A DNA stretch of 56,845 bases from a virus (taxonomy: Duplodnaviria > Caudoviricetes), in IMG/VR virus record IMGVR_UViG_3300030109_003433, positions 1 through 56,845 of that record; one strand, 5' to 3'. Positions 52,001-56,845 of the stretch are shown in pieces. Made by a program: the position numbers and the translations under genes. Within the stretch, counting starts at the first letter, position 1, and every line of letters starts with the position of its first letter. Under the pieces are notes generated by a model. It was not told where the DNA came from. It was given only the letters and a program-made list of their open reading frames with translations, and searched no databases.

Positions 52001-53614
52001 ATGTCAAGTACATACACAAATTTTTTAGGTATCGAGAAGATAGGATCTGGTGAACAGTCAGGTACCTGGGGTGATACCACAAACACTAACTGGGATCTAA
52101 CGGATGAAGCGATTACTGGTATTGTCTCTGTTACATTATCTAGTGCTGGTTCTTCTGGCTCTCCCACTGCCCTCCCGATTACTGATGGCGCAAGCTCGAA
52201 TGGAAGAAATAAATTTATCGAGTTCGTTGACGGAGGTGATCTTGGTGGAACGGCATACGTCCAGTTAACTCCAAATAATGCAGAGAAGATATGTTATCTG
52301 CGTAACAGTCTTTCTAGCAGTCGTTCAGTCATTATATTCCAAGGAAACTACAGTGCCTCAAATGATTTTGAGATTGCTAACGGCAAAGATGTTGTATTGA
52401 AGTTTAACGGTAATGGCACAGGTGCTACAGTTACGCAGGTATTTACAAACCTTTCTATTGATGCCCTGACATCAGGAGCCGCAACATTCAGCGGTGATGT
52501 AACTATTACAGGTACAACCCCCACCCTTACAATAGGTGACGCAGGGGCAGAAGACACAAGCCTAGTTTTTGACGGCAACGCCAAGGACTTCTATGTAGGT
52601 CTTGATGACTCAGCGGATAAGCTGGTAGTTGGTGTCGGATCTACCGTTGGAACCAACTCAATACTTACCATTGATGATGATGCCGTAACAGTGGGTGATG
52701 GAGCGGCAGTCGATACTAAAGTAGTTTTTGACGGGAACGCTCAAGATTACTATATAGGTCTTGATGATTCTGCTGATGATCTAGTCATTGGTCTTGGATC
52801 GACAGTTGGCACAACCCCTGCCATAGAAATTGATGAAAACCAAGACATCAAGTTTGCCCAGAGCATCGGGGTAGGACAGGCGGCATCTAGCACCACAGGC
52901 GATATAGTTGCCCAGACAATGGCATTGAAGGGTACAACACCTACCTTGACCATTGGCGATGCTGGTGCGGAAGATACCAAGATAGTTTTTGACGGGAATG
53001 CCAAGGATTTTTATATCGGCCTCGATGATTCCGCAGATAAACTGGTTATTGGAGAAGGCTCTACTGTAGGCACAAATAGTATCCTGACCATTACAGATGA
53101 CTCTGTGACAATCGGTGATGCCGCCGCTGTAGACAGCAAGCTGGTTTTTGACGGGAACGCTCAAGATTTTTACGTAGCACTTGATGACTCAGCAGATGAC
53201 CTGTTGATTGGTGTAGGTTCTACGGTAGGTACGACCCCTGCAATCCACATTGATGAGAATCAGGTAGTCAAGTTTGACGCAGGTATTCAAGAAGAAAGCA
53301 CAGCGGTTAGCTCCAGCAGTAATGCCGCAACCATCAACTTGAATCTGGGAACAGTGTTTACTCACACGCTCAGTGAGAACGTAACCTATACGTTCAGCAA
53401 CCCTGCGGTAAGTGGTTACGCCAGTACCTTTATTTTGAAGGTCACTCAGGACTCTTCAGCAAGAACCATAACATGGCCTGGATCAGTGGATTGGGCGGCA
53501 GGAACAGCCCCTACGATCAGCACAGGTAGTGGTGATGTAGATGTATTTGTGTTTCACACAGTTGATGGAGGCACAATATATTATGGCTTCACAGCAGGAC
53601 AGGATCTAACGTAA
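52001..53614 (+). CDS. Tail fibre proximal protein with tandem repeats
   Basis: GEQSGTWG.TTN.N start; four VFDGNAxD.Y..LDDSAD.L units; C-terminal TWP.SV.W..GTAPT. Confidence 0.75.
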   Translation: MSSTYTNFLGIEKIGSGEQSGTWGDTTNTNWDLTDEAITGIVSVTLSSAGSSGSPTALPITDGASSNGRNKFIEFVDGGDLGGTAYVQLTPNNAEKICYLRNSLSSSRSVIIFQGNYSASNDFEIANGKDVVLKFNGNGTGATVTQVFTNLSIDALTSGAATFSGDVTITGTTPTLTIGDAGAEDTSLVFDGNAKDFYVGLDDSADKLVVGVGSTVGTNSILTIDDDAVTVGDGAAVDTKVVFDGNAQDYYIGLDDSADDLVIGLGSTVGTTPAIEIDENQDIKFAQSIGVGQAASSTTGDIVAQTMALKGTTPTLTIGDAGAEDTKIVFDGNAKDFYIGLDDSADKLVIGEGSTVGTNSILTITDDSVTIGDAAAVDSKLVFDGNAQDFYVALDDSADDLLIGVGSTVGTTPAIHIDENQVVKFDAGIQEESTAVSSSSNAATINLNLGTVFTHTLSENVTYTFSNPAVSGYASTFILKVTQDSSARTITWPGSVDWAAGTAPTISTGSGDVDVFVFHTVDGGTIYYGFTAGQDLT

Positions 53615-56358
53615 TGAGTTTTGGAGCTACAAAACTATTAGCCGCATCAGGTGGTAAAGCCTATGAGATAGATCAGTCGCTACTATTTGACTCAGGGGAT
53701 ACTGCTGACCTTACCAAGACTATGGGAGCAGGAGGAAACCGTAAAACTTATACTATTAGTATGTGGTTAAAAAGAACAAAGTTAGGGGTTAGACAAGCAT
53801 TTATTTACGGTGGTAGTGATAATGAAAACTATACAACCTATGCAGATTTTAGTGCTAATGACGAACTTGATTTTGTATTCTATTCAACTGGAACTGGTGT
53901 CATTGGAAGGCTTAAAACAAATAGAGTATTTCGTGATATAGCTAGTTGGTATCATGTTGTCTTAGCTATGGATACAACGGAATCTACTGCTGGTGATCGT
54001 ATGCGTATGTACATTAATGGCGCAGAACAAACAAGTTTTTCTGTAGACACAAATCCTTCCTTAAACTCAAGCACCCATTTTTTGAATGAGGGCTTTGCAC
54101 ATTATATTGGTAATGATGATGTTGATGGTTATTTTAACGGCTATATAGCAGAGGTAAATGTTATAGATGGTTCTCAGCTTACACCAAGTTCTTTTGGAAA
54201 AACCGATGCTGTAACAAACGCTTGGATTCCAAAAAAGTATGGTGGAGCTTATGGAACTCAGGGATTTTATTTAAAGTTTGTATCAGGAGCATTAGGGACA
54301 GATAGTTCTGGTGAAGGTAATAATTGGACAGCAAATAATTTAGCAAATGCAGATGTCCTGCTTGATACCCCCACTAATAATTTTTGTACCTTCAATTCTC
54401 TCGATAACGGCAGTACAGTATTAAGTCAAGGTAATTTAAAGTTTGTAAACTCTAGTGGAGGTTCAGATACAGGTAATACATTTGCCATACCATATACGGG
54501 TAAATGGTATTTTGAACATAGATTGACTGTTGTAGACGCTTATTATGCGGGTTTTCTTTCAAAAGGCTATACAGGGACGGCTGGATCATATAGTGGTTTT
54601 ACAGCTTTGCAAATTAGATATGACGGACAATGGTATAATGGAAGTGCTTTTGAGAGTTATGCAAGTTCATTTAGTAATGGAGATATTTTAGGATGGGCGA
54701 TTGATTGTGATAATGGAAAAGTATATGTCAGCGTAAATGGAACATTTGCTAATAGTGGCAATCCTGTAAATGGTACAAATCCAGCCGATACTTTTACTGC
54801 AACTGCTGATTGGAAATTTATAACCTACGGTAACTCAGGTTCACAATTTGATGCAAACTTCGGACAAAACGGAACATTTAATGGATTGGTAACTGCTCAA
54901 GGAAATGCAGATGGCGGAGGAATAGGAAATTTCTACTATGCACCACCGTCTGGATTCAAAGCTTTTTCATCTAAAAACCTACCTACATCAACCATTAAAA
55001 AATCTACAGCGTTTTTTGATAATCTTTTGTATACAGGCGATGCTTCAGCAAAAACAATTTCTGGGTTAAGTTTTCGTCCAGACTATATTTGGATAAAAAA
55101 CAGGTCAGATGGCTACCATCATGCAAATGTAGATTCTACAAGAGGTGCTACCCAAATAATTTCAAGCTCACAAAACATAGTGGAATTAACATCAACTGAG
55201 CAAGTAAAAACAATAACTTCAGATGGATTTACTCTTGGTGATAATAGCGATGGCAACAACTATGTAAATCTAAGTTCTGACAATTATGTAGCGTGGTGCT
55301 GGAGAGCAGGAGGTGCTTCTCCTAGCAAAACTTATGCTGTAAAGGTAGTGTCCGATAGTGGCAACAAGTATCGTTTTGATGATTATGGAACAAGTGCGGT
55401 AACGCTTAATTTGCAAGAGGGAGGCACATACACTTTCGATCAGTCAGACAGTTCTAACGCCACCCATCCTCTTAGATTTTCTACAACGTCTGATGGCGGT
55501 CATGGTGGCGGCTCAGAATATACGACAGGTGTAACAACTAACGGAACACCGGGATCTTCTGGAGCCTACACAAGAATTACAGTGGCTGCTAGTGCGCCAA
55601 CCCTTTATTACTACTGCACCGCTCACTCAGGAATGGGCGGTCAAGTAAACACAAACAGCACATTTGGAGCAACCAATTTAGATGGTTCTAGTCTTTCGAT
55701 TGTGTCTGAAAACACCACATCAGGATTTAGCATAGTAAAATACGTTGGGACAGGATCTAATGCCACGGTTGGACATGAGCTTGGTGTAGCTCCGTCAGTA
55801 ATAATACTAAAAAATAGAGACACGGATGACAACTGGAGAGTTTTTTCCAGAGGGGATAATACAGACTATTTAACTTTAAATTATACAAATGGTTCTACCG
55901 ATGACAATACAACGTGGAATGACACTTCTCCAACAAGTTCTGTTTTTACAATAGGAACAGATACTAACACCAATAGAAGTGGCGATGATTTTGTAGCCTA
56001 TTGCTTTGCAGAAGTTGAAGGTTTTAGTAAGTTTGGCACGTATGAAGCAAACAATTCAACAAACGGGCCGTTTATATACACAGGTTTTACCCCGTCTTGG
56101 ATCGTTTTTAAGTATATTGATGGGGCTGGTGAATGGTGGTGGATGTTAGACTCTACAAGAGATCCTACTAATTTAACGACTGAAATTCTTTACGTAAATG
56201 CTACTGCTGCTGAAAGCACAATAAGTGGTAGTGCTGGTGTAGATTTCTTATCGAATGGTTTTAAAATTAGAGCAACAAATGGTGGCATTAATTCAGCTAA
56301 CACTTATTTTTATATGGCTTTTGCGGAATTTCCGTTTAAGTCTGCAAATGCGAGGTGA
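53614..56358 (+). CDS. Tail fibre/receptor-binding protein, allele B (914 aa)
   Basis: LamG-like N-terminus (WYHVV), SPRY-like region (GKWYFE), collinear with 3..2405. Confidence 0.85.
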   Translation: MSFGATKLLAASGGKAYEIDQSLLFDSGDTADLTKTMGAGGNRKTYTISMWLKRTKLGVRQAFIYGGSDNENYTTYADFSANDELDFVFYSTGTGVIGRLKTNRVFRDIASWYHVVLAMDTTESTAGDRMRMYINGAEQTSFSVDTNPSLNSSTHFLNEGFAHYIGNDDVDGYFNGYIAEVNVIDGSQLTPSSFGKTDAVTNAWIPKKYGGAYGTQGFYLKFVSGALGTDSSGEGNNWTANNLANADVLLDTPTNNFCTFNSLDNGSTVLSQGNLKFVNSSGGSDTGNTFAIPYTGKWYFEHRLTVVDAYYAGFLSKGYTGTAGSYSGFTALQIRYDGQWYNGSAFESYASSFSNGDILGWAIDCDNGKVYVSVNGTFANSGNPVNGTNPADTFTATADWKFITYGNSGSQFDANFGQNGTFNGLVTAQGNADGGGIGNFYYAPPSGFKAFSSKNLPTSTIKKSTAFFDNLLYTGDASAKTISGLSFRPDYIWIKNRSDGYHHANVDSTRGATQIISSSQNIVELTSTEQVKTITSDGFTLGDNSDGNNYVNLSSDNYVAWCWRAGGASPSKTYAVKVVSDSGNKYRFDDYGTSAVTLNLQEGGTYTFDQSDSSNATHPLRFSTTSDGGHGGGSEYTTGVTTNGTPGSSGAYTRITVAASAPTLYYYCTAHSGMGGQVNTNSTFGATNLDGSSLSIVSENTTSGFSIVKYVGTGSNATVGHELGVAPSVIILKNRDTDDNWRVFSRGDNTDYLTLNYTNGSTDDNTTWNDTSPTSSVFTIGTDTNTNRSGDDFVAYCFAEVEGFSKFGTYEANNSTNGPFIYTGFTPSWIVFKYIDGAGEWWWMLDSTRDPTNLTTEILYVNATAAESTISGSAGVDFLSNGFKIRATNGGINSANTYFYMAFAEFPFKSANAR

Positions 56359-56360
56359 CA

Positions 56361-56845
56361 ATGTACGCAATCGTTAAAGATGCAGCAATTACTGCTACAG
56401 GAACACTAAAACAATTATTTCCAAACACTTCGTTTGCAGGTGGCGTAGCTAATTCAGAGTTTAAAACTGCTGAAAACGTAGAAGACGTTATTAATGCCGA
56501 ACAAAAAGACAGAACGTATTATTATGTTACGCAAGGCGATATTGTCCTTCTTGATGGTGTTCCCACACAACAATATACCAACACGGCTAAACGCCTAAAT
56601 GATGAAGATGCTAAAGATGAAGACGGCAATCAGCTTTATGTGCAAGTCTGGGATGCAGATCAAAACAAAATGGTCGATAGCAGTGAAAAAATAATTAACC
56701 AAGGTCTTAAAACAGTAATGACAGAAAAGGTTAAAGGGATTACTAATGGGTTTTTGTCAAAAACAGATTGGATGATTATAAGGAAGGTAGAGCGTAGCGT
56801 AAACGTACCTTCTGCTACAGAAACTTATCGGACTGCTGTGCTTGC
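56361..56845 (+). CDS. Tail fibre assembly/chaperone protein, allele B (3'-truncated)
   Basis: MYAIVKDAAITATGTLKQLFPN, near-identical start to 2415..2963. Confidence 0.85.
   Translation, partial: MYAIVKDAAITATGTLKQLFPNTSFAGGVANSEFKTAENVEDVINAEQKDRTYYYVTQGDIVLLDGVPTQQYTNTAKRLNDEDAKDEDGNQLYVQVWDADQNKMVDSSEKIINQGLKTVMTEKVKGITNGFLSKTDWMIIRKVERSVNVPSATETYRTAVL

Noticed and set aside
1-56845. Diversity-generating retroelement or invertible shufflon behind the two tail alleles
   Set aside because: No reverse transcriptase or invertase ORF seen; copies are in direct orientation and differences are not adenine-specific
1-56845. tRNA genes, DNA polymerase, integrase or alternative genetic code
   Set aside because: None recognised; genes tile densely under the standard code and all three stop codons are used

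Overview
The window is an essentially complete genome of a tailed dsDNA phage of uncultured marine podovirus type. Bases 1-77 recur exactly at 54059-54135, implying a circle of about 54,058 bp. The contig then continues into a second, divergent allele of the tail-fibre and chaperone cassette. Modules: tail fibre, lysis and basic proteins (1-6.5 kb); tail and internal/ejection proteins including a 1910-aa protein (6.5-21.3 kb); a leftward recombination block (ERF, PD-(D/E)XK nuclease, SSB-like, NinB, SutA-like; 22-27.5 kb); RusA and a primase-helicase, with no DNA polymerase or integrase seen; a leftward early operon headed by ArdC (30.6-35.8 kb); TerS, a 0.5-kb non-coding block, TerL, a beta-hydroxylase, portal, GroES, scaffold, capsid and neck/tail genes (36-56.8 kb). 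The main unannotated signal is two type I hammerhead ribozymes on the minus strand (33728-33791 and 32001-32067). Each sits between a stop codon and the next ribosome-binding site of the early operon, they share a loop II/3'-tail pseudoknot, and together they bracket a four-gene, 1727-nt RNA. Other signals are a parS-like palindrome after the capsid gene, apparent genome-wide GCWGC avoidance, repeated gene-start modules and several candidate leader RNAs. Protein calls rest on motif recognition and synteny by eye; no searches were run.
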